From Bacteroidota bacterium (GTDB lineage: Bacteria > Bacteroidota > Bacteroidia > Cytophagales > Cyclobacteriaceae), in assembly GCA_023428695.1 (NCBI GenBank), contig JAEYWY010000028.1, positions 389,125-453,124 of the forward strand: a stretch of DNA of 64,000 nucleotides. The letters are read 5' to 3'. The translations under genes and the position numbers were made by a program. Under the pieces are notes generated by a model. It was not told where the DNA came from, did no database searches, and saw nothing but the letters and a program-made list of their open reading frames with translations. Below are positions 54,767-64,000 of the stretch, one piece after another (the stretch's first letter is position 1; each line of letters opens with the position of its first letter).

Positions 54767-56269
54767 TTAATAACCAGGGTTTTGAACCAGACCCGGATTT
54801 GCATCCAGTGCCGCTGTCGGAATCGGGAACAGTTTGCGGAATTCCTGTGACTCGCCGCGAAACTCGTTCGCATCGAGAAAGGTTCCGAAACGAATCATAT
54901 CCTGTCTGCGATGCCCTTCCCAATTCAACTCAAGGCTGCGTTCGTTGTAGATATCGTCGAGCGTGGGATTCCCGGCCAACGCATCGAGGCCTGCGCGTTC
55001 GCGAACCTGATCGACAAGCGGTTTCGCAGCGGCTGCATCGTTCGTGCGAACGAGACACTCCGCTTTCATTAGCAACACATCCGCAAACCGGTAGATCGGA
55101 AAATCGTTTGACGCACCACCACCATCCATCGGTTCAACCGGATAAAACTTCATATTGCGAACACCTGCATTGCGATCAGCCCCTGGGTTGTCGAGTGACT
55201 CTACTTCAATTGTGTAATTCACGCCGCCTGGCTGTTGACCAATAAGGAATTGTCTTTTCCGGATATCACTGTCGGCGTATCGTTGGAAGTATGCGCCGGG
55301 GACTATGGTTCCATTCCAGCCACTATAACCAAAAAGCTCCTGCGCATGTGGCCCGTTCAAGCTGCGCACAGCATAAACGTTGCGCGACACTACATTTGCT
55401 CTGGTAAATATGGCAAGGATAGTCTCATCGTCCGGAAGGTTATCACCGAACAATTCATAGTAACGGAAACCCAGAGGGCTCGAACCGTTTGTTCCGCCCG
55501 GGTGCAGCGAGTACCCGCCTTCAATAACTTTGTCGCATACCGCGAGACATTCTGCCCAGCGTGGTGTTCCCGTATAGACTTCAGCGTTCAGATACACTTT
55601 GGCAAGAAGCATATACGCGGCCCATTTGTTGAAGCGGCCGTAAAACTCGCCGCCTCTGGTGCCGGGTAGTTTGTCCGCATTCTCCACGAGTTCGTTTACA
55701 ACAAAATTGTAAACCTCTTCCCTGCTCGCCTGCGGGATCTGACTAACCGTAACATTATTTTCCGTGTAAAATGGAACGGAACCAAAATCATCCATCAACA
55801 GGTAATAGAAGAATGCGCGCAACACCCGTGCTTCGGCAATCTTTGCATCATTTGCGCCCGCGCTTTCGAGTTGACTGACCGCGAGATTTGCTTTGAAGAC
55901 CGATGTATAAAGCCAGTTCCATGTATTGTTCACGATGTAGTCAGTCGGAAGCCACTGATGAAGATGCAGTCTCGCAAAGTCAAGCTGCCAGTCTCCTGTG
56001 TTCCGGTGTGGAATCACCTGCTCGTCAGTAGGCATGGTATTGAGATCATACCAACCGTTGTCTGCACCAGCGTAGCCGATACCGCCCCAGTTACCCCCGA
56101 TTTGTGAATACACTCCGGCAAGTGCAACGTCCGCACCTTCAGGGGAAGAGAAAAATTCATCGGCGGCGTACTTGTCATATACCTTTTCTTCTACGTTTGT
56201 ACAGGCCGGCAGAAGAGCCATCACCGCTACCGCTGCAAATAGTATCTTGTTGATTTTCATTGCCGTCAT
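54767..56269 (-). CDS. susD: SusD/RagB-family nutrient-binding lipoprotein
   Basis: ATG at 56269 overlaps the susC stop (TAATG); an alternative ATG is at 56260. Lipobox LLPAC. TPR-like SusD body with RAFFYYLLMDDFG and MLLAKVYLN. Confidence 0.9.
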   Translation of the reverse strand: MTAMKINKILFAAVAVMALLPACTNVEEKVYDKYAADEFFSSPEGADVALAGVYSQIGGNWGGIGYAGADNGWYDLNTMPTDEQVIPHRNTGDWQLDFARLHLHQWLPTDYIVNNTWNWLYTSVFKANLAVSQLESAGANDAKIAEARVLRAFFYYLLMDDFGSVPFYTENNVTVSQIPQASREEVYNFVVNELVENADKLPGTRGGEFYGRFNKWAAYMLLAKVYLNAEVYTGTPRWAECLAVCDKVIEGGYSLHPGGTNGSSPLGFRYYELFGDNLPDDETILAIFTRANVVSRNVYAVRSLNGPHAQELFGYSGWNGTIVPGAYFQRYADSDIRKRQFLIGQQPGGVNYTIEVESLDNPGADRNAGVRNMKFYPVEPMDGGGASNDFPIYRFADVLLMKAECLVRTNDAAAAKPLVDQVRERAGLDALAGNPTLDDIYNERSLELNWEGHRRQDMIRFGTFLDANEFRGESQEFRKLFPIPTAALDANPGLVQNPGY

Positions 56270-59200
56270 TATTTAAGAATCACATTCAGTCCAAGCGTAA
56301 TGCTTCTCGTACGCGGGTAAATTCCGTTATCGCCACCGAAGCCGTTGCCCCCACTCACGTTGAGTTCAGGATCAACACCGGAGTACCCGGTGAATAGCAG
56401 CAGGTTGTTACCTGTAAGCGAAACCCTCAACCGGTCGATGTGTGAAAAGCGCTCAACTGGTACGTTGTATCCTACCGTGACGTTATCTAATCTTAGGAAG
56501 GATCCGTTCTCCAGCCAGACATCAGACCCGTATTGCGAGGTGTAGATACCAAGATCGACTGCGCTCTCAAGAATATTTGCACGCCCGATGTTTTCAAGCA
56601 TACTAAGGCTCTGACGGAGATTATTGTATACTTTATTTCCTCCTGATCCACGCCAGACCATTGATACATCGATGTTCTTGTGCCGTAGCGTCGGCGTGAA
56701 GGCGTACGTATGTGTTGGCAGCGCTGACCCCGCAAATGCTCTGTCCGGACTGCGTATACCCTGATCAATCGTTCCATCGTCGTTCCTGTCACGCACGGTT
56801 TCAACACCATTCTCGTTTACACCGGTGTGTTCGAGTATGAAAAATGTTCCGATTGGTTTTCCTTCAACCAGGAATGAGTTCGGTCCCCAGGGCACGTAAT
56901 CTGTATTCAGCGGCACGCCATTGATGCTTCCGCTCAGATTCAATACCTCGTTCCTCAGGAGCGAAGCATTTCCTGCCAGCGTGAGCGTTGTATTGGCCGT
57001 GCGAATAACATCGTAGGAAAGGGCAAGTTCAATTCCTTCGTTCCGGATGCTTCCCACGTTGGCCACAATTGTTCCATATGGGAATGGCGGTTGCGGTACT
57101 GTGTAGTTGAAGAGCAGATTGTCTGTTGTCGCCGTAAAAGCATCAAGTGAACCGCGAAGCCTGCTATCTATCATCGCAAAATCGATACCCACGTTGGTTT
57201 GTTTACGTGTTTCCCATCTAAGGTCGGCGTTTGCGTTCTGTGTGATTGTAAAGTTTGTGATCGGCACGCCGCCAAAGTACGTCACACCTGACGCACCCAC
57301 CAGTGAGAGCGAGTTCTGAGGATACAGGCCCTGTTGATTTCCGGTGACACCATATCCACCGCGAAGTTTCAATTCATCGAACAAGCCCTGGTTTGTCATG
57401 AATGGCTCCTGATCAATTCGCCACGCTACAGATGCCGATGGGAAATTACCCCACTTGTGATTCTTGCCGAACACCGATGATCCGTCGCGACGAACACTTA
57501 GCGTGAGCAGGTAGCGGTCCTTGAATGCATAGTTTGCGCGACCAAGGAACGAGATCAGCGTCCGGTCATTTTTGTATGAAGAAAAATCTCCCGGTTGTAC
57601 GCGCGAAAGGTCACCCAGTTGCAACGCGTTATAGGTTGCGATATCATTTCTGAAACCTTTGGCCTGAGAGAAGTTACCCTGATACAATTGATTCTGCCAT
57701 TCGTACACGATCAAGGCGCCGAATGAGTGTTGTTCGAGTTCCTTCTTGTATTCGAGACTGATATCCATCAGGCGTTCATCCTGGCGATTGTTGTTGATGC
57801 TTGCCAATCCATCATTGTCGATGGCTATTGCAACCGTTGATTTCGCTGGTAAAAAGTATCCCCACATATTGTCGGTTTTCCGCCAGCTGCCGAACCACCC
57901 TGCGGTAAACCCTTTGACGATTTCAAAATCTGCGTGGAAGCTACCGAAGAGGTTGTTGTTCTTTCCTTCGTTCACGACCGTCTCGGCAACCGCATACGGG
58001 TTGATATACTGAAACACATTGGGATCAGAATAGAAAGTCTCGCCATCCGTGTCGAAAATCGGATCCGTCGGGCGCATCACGTAGGAATTCGTGATGAGGT
58101 TCGAGGTAAACGAAGCACGGCCCACGCTGTTAGGGCTGCCCACAGTATTGTTTATGCTGCTGTTGAGATGGAACGTGAGTGTAAGCTTGTCGTCCAGGGC
58201 ACGTTGTGTAGCCTGGACGTTGGCGATATAGCGGTTGTTGCTTGAATTGGTAACCACGCCATTTTGCAGCAACGCCGTCAGCGATGCCCGGTAGTTCAAT
58301 TGTTTCGTGCCACCGCCGAATGAAAGCGTGTGATTTTGGGTTGATCCGGTTCGCGTAAGCACGTCAAACCAGTCAGTAGACGACCCGTGGTTTGCTGATG
58401 CCGGTACGCCCGTTTGTTGAGCTACTTCCCACCAACGTTGTGCATCAAGCACTTTGAGATGACGCGGAATGAAATCAGCTGAAGCCGACGCATTGTATTC
58501 AACCGAAAGTTTTCCCTCTTTACCGGCTTTCGTTGTAACGATGATTACCCCTGGGGCACCACGCGAACCGTATATGGCTGTCGCCGATGCGTCTTTCAAA
58601 ATGTCGATACTTTCAATTTCGCCGGGAGGAACCTGATTCAGAAGGTCCATATTACCCTGAATACCATCCACTACAACTAACGGGTCGTTTCCTCCTATCA
58701 GCGAGGTAATACCACGAATGCGAACCGACGGCGAAGAACCTGGTTCGCTGCCGGTCTGCGTCACGTTAACGCCCGCGGCCCTTCCTGCGATCTGCTGCAT
58801 GGGGTTTGTGAACGCACCCTGGTTCAACTGATCCGACGACAATGAAGTCATTGCGCCGGTGACATCGCGTTTCTCCTGCGTGCCGTAACCGATTACAACG
58901 ATCTCACTAAGCGTCGAAAGGTCCGGCTCAAGCCGGACATCGATAACGCTTCCGCTTCCTACTGCGACTTCTTTTGTCGCGTAACCGACATAGGAAAACA
59001 ACAGAACACCATTGCTTGCGTCTGCCGGAAGTGAAAGGCGGTATTTTCCTTCAACATCCGTGGCGGTACCTATTGACGGTGCTGACTTCAACCGGATGCT
59101 CACACCGGGCATTCCGTCACCGTTCTCATCGACTACGATACCACTGATGGTCTGACCATCCTGGGCGTACACACAGGGCACTACTGCAAGAGCCAGAAAG

Positions 59201-59271
59201 CTGCAGAGCATGACCTGTATCAAGATTTTCAGCCGTTTCCGGCGATTTTTGACTGCTTTCGCGTTGTTCAT
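56269..59271 (-). CDS. susC: SusC/RagA-family TonB-linked outer-membrane transporter
   Basis: Start at MNNAKAV (59271). CarbopepD_reg block ISGIVVDENGDGMPGVSIRL. Plug blocks VVIGYGTQEKRDVTGA, IRGITSLIGGNDPLVVVDG, DILKDASATAIYGSRGAPGVIIVTTK. C-terminal ...ITLGLNVILK. Confidence 0.95.
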   Translation of the reverse strand: MNNAKAVKNRRKRLKILIQVMLCSFLALAVVPCVYAQDGQTISGIVVDENGDGMPGVSIRLKSAPSIGTATDVEGKYRLSLPADASNGVLLFSYVGYATKEVAVGSGSVIDVRLEPDLSTLSEIVVIGYGTQEKRDVTGAMTSLSSDQLNQGAFTNPMQQIAGRAAGVNVTQTGSEPGSSPSVRIRGITSLIGGNDPLVVVDGIQGNMDLLNQVPPGEIESIDILKDASATAIYGSRGAPGVIIVTTKAGKEGKLSVEYNASASADFIPRHLKVLDAQRWWEVAQQTGVPASANHGSSTDWFDVLTRTGSTQNHTLSFGGGTKQLNYRASLTALLQNGVVTNSSNNRYIANVQATQRALDDKLTLTFHLNSSINNTVGSPNSVGRASFTSNLITNSYVMRPTDPIFDTDGETFYSDPNVFQYINPYAVAETVVNEGKNNNLFGSFHADFEIVKGFTAGWFGSWRKTDNMWGYFLPAKSTVAIAIDNDGLASINNNRQDERLMDISLEYKKELEQHSFGALIVYEWQNQLYQGNFSQAKGFRNDIATYNALQLGDLSRVQPGDFSSYKNDRTLISFLGRANYAFKDRYLLTLSVRRDGSSVFGKNHKWGNFPSASVAWRIDQEPFMTNQGLFDELKLRGGYGVTGNQQGLYPQNSLSLVGASGVTYFGGVPITNFTITQNANADLRWETRKQTNVGIDFAMIDSRLRGSLDAFTATTDNLLFNYTVPQPPFPYGTIVANVGSIRNEGIELALSYDVIRTANTTLTLAGNASLLRNEVLNLSGSINGVPLNTDYVPWGPNSFLVEGKPIGTFFILEHTGVNENGVETVRDRNDDGTIDQGIRSPDRAFAGSALPTHTYAFTPTLRHKNIDVSMVWRGSGGNKVYNNLRQSLSMLENIGRANILESAVDLGIYTSQYGSDVWLENGSFLRLDNVTVGYNVPVERFSHIDRLRVSLTGNNLLLFTGYSGVDPELNVSGGNGFGGDNGIYPRTRSITLGLNVILK

Positions 59272-59290
59272 ATCATTTGGCTTGATTTGG

Positions 59291-59333
59291 TGCGTACGCA
59301 ATCTTCGCCGGAATCAGGCCGGCAAACGTTTGC
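59291..59333. promoter_or_regulatory. two perfect palindromes in the susC leader/promoter region
   Basis: tgcgtacgca (59291-59300, 10 bp) and gcaaacgtttgc (59322-59333, 12 bp), lying 20-62 nt upstream of the susC ATG on the minus strand. Confidence 0.25.
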
Positions 59334-59494
59334 GGACCTGACAAAGGAAGAGGTAGCAAAAGGTGAGATCAATTTATCCCTCCAAAATCTAGAAAATCCT
59401 GATCATTCATGACCACCAAACAATTGATTCACAACACTTTACACCCAACACTCAAGGCGGAAAATCTAAGGGAAATCGAGAAGAAAACAACGAT

Positions 59495-61087
59495 TCAGAA
59501 GGTCCTGATGCTCATTATCCGGCGATCAAATTCATCGTTCGGAACAATGGACTTGTTGCGGATGCGTGTTTTGTACGTGTAGATCGTCGTTACAGAGTAA
59601 TCCAGAATACGGGAAATCTTTTCGTTGTCGGTGATTCCCATCCGAATCAGTGCAAAAATGCGGAGCTCGGTGTTTAGCAGTTGACCTTCCTTAAGCTGGA
59701 TGCGGTCTTCTTCACGGAACAATGACTGAAAAACATTCACAAAATCAGGGAATAGTTTGAGGAAGACTTTGTCAAAATTATGATAAAGGTCCTCCCGCTC
59801 CCGCCGGATATTAATGCTGTCGACAACAAAACGGAGGTCATCAAGTTTTTTGGTCATCAACTTCATTTCCATGCTCTTCTTCAGGTTCTCGAGCCTCGAA
59901 ATGTAGTCAGCCGTGGTATTGAAGTAATAGGTGAGGTATTCTTCCTTGATCTTGTTGGCGTCGACCAGGTGTTGATTCGTTTCCACAAGTCTTTCGTTCG
60001 ACTCGGAAATGATCCTCTTGGCATGCTGAAGCTTACGGAATTGTACAAAGATGATCACACCAAATCCGATCAGGATTAGTGCAATGAGCGTGATCCCTGT
60101 GGCATAAAGCAGAAGCATGTTTTTTCGTGCTTCCACCATGGCAAGTTGTTTCCCTTCAATCAACGGAAACACGGATGCAACCTGGATTTTTCTATGGTTA
60201 GCGCCGTAGAAGTTTGCATCGTCCATTGCAACGCGGATGTAGTTGTAGGCTTTTTCAATTTCACCGTCATCGTATAACATCCTGGCCAGATTCATCAGAG
60301 CCACCGCTTCCCTGGTCGACGCTCTGACATCCGCCGCAGCTGCTTCGATGAGCATTGCCTTTGAACGTTCGCGCTCGCCACTGTTGAGATACAGAAAGCT
60401 AAGCGTGCTGGCGACGACAGCCTTTTCAGAATCGGTAAGCGGATAATCATTCATCAACTTCTCATAATTCTTAATTGCATTAATCAGATCCGCAGTGTGA
60501 AGATCAAGAAGTCCGCGGGCAAGCAGGTATTGCGGATTATCAGGAGTGAGCGCGTGCAGCGCGGAGTCAATGTATTGATTGCCACGCGTATGATACGAAC
60601 TGCCGAAAAAGTCATCGCCGGCAAATTCGGATGCATCATAACACGTTCGTCCGCAAAGGAAATAATAGGCCGATCGTCGGTCCGCCGGCAACTTCGATGC
60701 GTCTATTGCCTGTAATGAATCGAGGGCTTCATGGAAAAGACCGGCCGAAACCAGAACAAACGCCAGATTTATTTTCGACTCCAGAATCAGGGCCGGGTCG
60801 CCGGTTCTTGCGGCGATATTCTGCAAACTGCGCGCATAACGAAATGCGGAATCATAGATAAATGACTTATACTCATTATATATGGCAAGTGTTGTCTGGT
60901 ATTCGTCAAGTGTAGTTCGTCCGGGAAGCATCCGTTTCAGAGAGTTCAGCCGCTCAAACTTGGTTTGCAGGATCGCGTTCCTGTTCGCTAACAACGAATC
61001 AAGTCCATACAAACCATCCCTCGTCGAGGGTTGTGCAGAAACGCCAAACGCTAATAGCAGGAATAAAATAATACCGGATATCCTCAT
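59495..61087 (-). CDS. SusR-like PUL regulator: periplasmic TPR sensor, one TM, cytoplasmic C-terminal HTH (DUF6377-like architecture)
   Basis: Start at MRISGIILFLLLAFGVSAQ (61087). TPR-like repeats, then TM MLLLYATGITLIALILIGFGVIIFV. C-terminal LNTELRIFALIRMGITDNEKISRILDYSVTTIYTYKTRIRNK. Confidence 0.7.
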   Translation of the reverse strand: MRISGIILFLLLAFGVSAQPSTRDGLYGLDSLLANRNAILQTKFERLNSLKRMLPGRTTLDEYQTTLAIYNEYKSFIYDSAFRYARSLQNIAARTGDPALILESKINLAFVLVSAGLFHEALDSLQAIDASKLPADRRSAYYFLCGRTCYDASEFAGDDFFGSSYHTRGNQYIDSALHALTPDNPQYLLARGLLDLHTADLINAIKNYEKLMNDYPLTDSEKAVVASTLSFLYLNSGERERSKAMLIEAAAADVRASTREAVALMNLARMLYDDGEIEKAYNYIRVAMDDANFYGANHRKIQVASVFPLIEGKQLAMVEARKNMLLLYATGITLIALILIGFGVIIFVQFRKLQHAKRIISESNERLVETNQHLVDANKIKEEYLTYYFNTTADYISRLENLKKSMEMKLMTKKLDDLRFVVDSINIRREREDLYHNFDKVFLKLFPDFVNVFQSLFREEDRIQLKEGQLLNTELRIFALIRMGITDNEKISRILDYSVTTIYTYKTRIRNKSIVPNDEFDRRIMSIRTF

Positions 61088-61230
61088 GCCTCCAAAACGA
61101 TCTGCCAAGTTATGGAAAATCCGGTTGTGAAAAAGATCCGGTTTGGCACCCGGAATAAGCACTCAAAAAAGGACAGCCCATGATGCAGTCCCGGCTGTCA
61201 ATTTAGTATTTTCACTGATCCCTGAAAACT

Positions 61231-63879
61231 ATGGACCGCACAAGAAGAAACTTCATTCGGCAAGTTGGAGTCGGGTCACTCTCGGCGACACTCCTGCCAC
61301 TTTCGACAAACGCCAATCAAAAAGAGAATTCAGCTGCGGATGGTGAGCACACTCTCAAAGGTGAGTTGGCAAGTGAGCACGCTTTCAACGGACCATACGC
61401 CGGTCCTCAACTCGACCGCATTGCGTTTCCTTTAGGGGGCCTGGGAGCGGGAATGTATTGTATCGAGGGCACGGGAGCGTATTCGCATATGTCCATCCGG
61501 CATAAGCCCGATATTACCAATGACCCCGGCATGTTCGCTGCCATCTCCATCAAGAACAAACCTCAAAGTGCCCGTATCGTCGAAGGGCCGCCCCCTGAAT
61601 GGAAGAAGTTCGGTGTAGCCCTCGCCGGCAACGGACTTGGAGGCACAACACTTGGTCTGCCCCATTTCGAAAAAGCATCCTTTGAAATGCGTTTCCCGTA
61701 TGCAACAATCAATCTCACTGATACAGAGTACCCGTTAAATGCACAAATCAAGGCATGGAATCCCTTTATTCCAACTGATGAAGACAACTCAAGCCTTCCT
61801 GTGGCTGCGTTGGTGTACACGTTTCGAAATACGAGCTCCGAAAGCCAGGAATGTTTGTTCTCTTTTCATGCGAAGAATTTTCTGAAACGCGACAGCGAAA
61901 AACCATCCAACAAAATCACAGGCCTTCCACGCGGCTTTGTACTGCGCCAGGAAATCATAGGAGATCAGAAACACGTTCAGGCTGACTTTGCAGTGACCTT
62001 AAACCAGGCAAACGCTATTATCGACCACTGCTGGTTTCGTGGCGGATGGTTTGACTCAATGACAATGACCTGGCGTTCTGTTGAAAAAAGTGAGGCACGT
62101 GCAACGGACCCGGTACCCTCAAATGCGCCGGGAGCATCGGTATATGTCCCCTTCACACTCGCGCCCGGAGAGGAAAAGGAAATCATCGTAAACACTTGCT
62201 GGTATGTCCCCTACTCCGATGTGCGTTTTGGTCAGGACCAATCCGAGGCAGAAAATTGTGACCCCGGTTCAGGCTGTTGCAATACCAGTGCAGATATCGG
62301 GAACAAAATTGCAGATCCTGAAACGACAAAAGAAAATTACCAACCCTGGTATGCATCACGCTTCAAGTCCGTTGAAGACATCGTTCGCTACTGGGAAGAA
62401 TCTTATCTGAACCTCGATACACAAACGCGGCAGTTTACTGATGCATTCTACGCGATGACGTTGCCGCAGGAAGTTGTTGAAGCTGTTGCCGCAAATCTCT
62501 GTATCCTTAAATCGACTACAGTATTACGCCAACACGATGGCAGGCTGTGGAGTTTTGAGGGAACCGGCGACTCGTGGGGATGTTGCCACGGTTCATGTAC
62601 GCACGTTTGGAATTACGCACAGGCAATACCGCATCTTTTCCCTGCGCTCGAACGCACATTGCGTCACACGGAATTTTGTGAGAACCAAAGTCGCGAAGGA
62701 CATCAGATGTTTCGTGCGGCGCTGCCGATCCGCCCGCTAAAGCATGACTTCCACGCCGCCGCCGATGGCCAACTCGGTGGCATCATGAAGGTTTATCGTG
62801 AATGGCGTATCAGCGGCGATGACGCGTGGCTTCGAAAGATGTACCCGATGGTCAAACAGAGTATCGACTATTGCCAGCAATCCTGGGATCCGGACAAGAA
62901 AGGTATCCTCGAAGAACCTCATCATAATACGTACGATATTGAATTCTGGGGACCGGATGGCATGTGTACAAGCTTCTATGTCGGTGCACTCTCGGCGATG
63001 GTGGCAATGGCTAAATACCTCAAGAAGAAAAAGGACGTCGCCGAATACTCGGCCCTGTTGAAAAAGGGTCGCCAGTATATCGAGACGGAACTTTTTGACG
63101 GAGAATACTTCATTCAGAAAATTCAGACAGAAGGACTTCGCGCCAATCCGCTGGAAACAGGCAAAACCTCGATGGTTGGACAATACTCTGAAGAAGCGCA
63201 AAAGCTCCTTGAAGAAGAAGGTCCAAAATACCAGTATGGTTCGGGTTGTCTTTCAGATGGAGTGCTTGGTTCATGGATTGCGCGAATGTGTGGGCTTGAT
63301 GAGCCTCTTGATCCAAAAAAGGTTGAAAGTCATTTGCTCGCGGTTCACCGTTACAACCTGCGCAAAGACTTGCGGGATCACGTAAACCCTCAACGCCCAT
63401 CATTTGCATTTGGACCCGAAGGCGGGCTGTTGTTATGCTCGTGGCCAAAGGGTGGGCAACTGTCACTGCCATTTGTCTATAGCAATGAAGTGTGGACAGG
63501 AATCGAGTACCAGGTCGCGGCGCATCTTACGCTTATGGGAAAAGTTGACGAGGGACTTGAGATTGTAAGAATCTGCCGTCACCGATACGATGGAAAAACA
63601 AGAAATCCTTTCGACGAGTACGAATGCGGGCACTGGTATGCGCGCGCACTCGCGAGCTACGGTCTTATTGAAGGACTGACAGGCGTACGCTTTGACGCCG
63701 TGGAGAAAGTACTCCATGTCAACTCGCATGTTGGCGACTTCGTGTCTTTCCTTTCAACGAATACCGGATTCGGAACGGTACATTACAAGAACGGAACGGT
63801 CAGGCTGAATGTCGTGCGTGGAAAAATCCCCGTCGAAAAGGTTAATGTCGCCGGAAAAGTCTCTGCGTTTAAAGCGTAG
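61231..63879 (+). CDS. TAT-exported GH116-family glycoside hydrolase (GBA2-type beta-glucosidase-like)
   Basis: Twin-arginine leader MDRTRRNFIRQVGVGSLSATLLPLSTNA. GH116 N-domain block IAFPLGGLGAGMYCIEGTGAYSHMSIRHKPD. C-terminal (alpha/alpha)6 blocks DGRLWSFEG...CCHGSCTHVWNYAQ and EVWTGIEYQVAAHL. Confidence 0.75.
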   Translation: MDRTRRNFIRQVGVGSLSATLLPLSTNANQKENSAADGEHTLKGELASEHAFNGPYAGPQLDRIAFPLGGLGAGMYCIEGTGAYSHMSIRHKPDITNDPGMFAAISIKNKPQSARIVEGPPPEWKKFGVALAGNGLGGTTLGLPHFEKASFEMRFPYATINLTDTEYPLNAQIKAWNPFIPTDEDNSSLPVAALVYTFRNTSSESQECLFSFHAKNFLKRDSEKPSNKITGLPRGFVLRQEIIGDQKHVQADFAVTLNQANAIIDHCWFRGGWFDSMTMTWRSVEKSEARATDPVPSNAPGASVYVPFTLAPGEEKEIIVNTCWYVPYSDVRFGQDQSEAENCDPGSGCCNTSADIGNKIADPETTKENYQPWYASRFKSVEDIVRYWEESYLNLDTQTRQFTDAFYAMTLPQEVVEAVAANLCILKSTTVLRQHDGRLWSFEGTGDSWGCCHGSCTHVWNYAQAIPHLFPALERTLRHTEFCENQSREGHQMFRAALPIRPLKHDFHAAADGQLGGIMKVYREWRISGDDAWLRKMYPMVKQSIDYCQQSWDPDKKGILEEPHHNTYDIEFWGPDGMCTSFYVGALSAMVAMAKYLKKKKDVAEYSALLKKGRQYIETELFDGEYFIQKIQTEGLRANPLETGKTSMVGQYSEEAQKLLEEEGPKYQYGSGCLSDGVLGSWIARMCGLDEPLDPKKVESHLLAVHRYNLRKDLRDHVNPQRPSFAFGPEGGLLLCSWPKGGQLSLPFVYSNEVWTGIEYQVAAHLTLMGKVDEGLEIVRICRHRYDGKTRNPFDEYECGHWYARALASYGLIEGLTGVRFDAVEKVLHVNSHVGDFVSFLSTNTGFGTVHYKNGTVRLNVVRGKIPVEKVNVAGKVSAFKA

Positions 63880-64000
63880 ATCTAGATCGTGGTAAGCCGA
63901 TGTGAAGGTTTCGGGTAACCCGGACTGAATGATGCACCTTCGCCAAGCAGGATTCTGCATAGATGAGTCTTTTGTACTTCACGGGCCACACGCTCTATGA

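Overview
The window reads as an ordinary chromosomal segment of a Bacteroidota genome (Cytophagia/Chitinophagia-like gene content). Supporting signs are a SusC/SusD pair, TonB-dependent receptors with carboxypeptidase-regulatory domains, DUF4249, many lipoprotein and Sec signals, and no obvious Shine-Dalgarno use. All calls come from reading the supplied translations and the DNA by eye; no similarity search was run. I can support about 48 protein-coding genes, one tRNA-Val(GAC), several hairpin terminators and a few palindromic candidate operators. I saw no rRNA, CRISPR array, transposase, integrase, reverse transcriptase or phage structural genes.

Main blocks:
1. Oxidative-stress genes: katG, and further on dps.
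2. Secreted esterases: a fused double alpha/beta-hydrolase, a type-B carboxylesterase, and two PKD-decorated paralogs.
3. Two Nudix/NrtR-like regulators. One sits divergent from a giant ThuA-PQQ dehydrogenase-PKD-cytochrome c protein, with a perfect palindrome between them.
4. An orphan LigD-polymerase-like (AEP primase-polymerase family) gene.
5. A co-directional set: receiver, PAS histidine kinase, DeoD-type purine nucleoside phosphorylase, degenerate receiver.
6. An SDR / unknown / VKOR-like / SPW-like operon next to dps.
7. A YtfI/YtfJ (GerW) pair beside a 565-bp ORF-free region containing nested inverted repeats.
8. An AI-2E transporter coupled to mlaEFD, followed by usp.
9. A TonB-receptor / DUF4249 / barrel-less MG2-plug operon.
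10. A canonical Sus-like starch PUL (susR-like, susC, susD, susE/F-like, GH13, GH97), with a divergent TAT-exported GH116.

No single locus is unambiguously a new system. The best candidates for a second look are the kinase/receiver/PNP/pseudo-receiver cluster (Detocs-like gene content in a split layout), the TBDR-DUF4249-MG2/plug operon, the N-terminally extended LigD-Pol-like protein, and the structured noncoding region at 30.6-31.2 kb.
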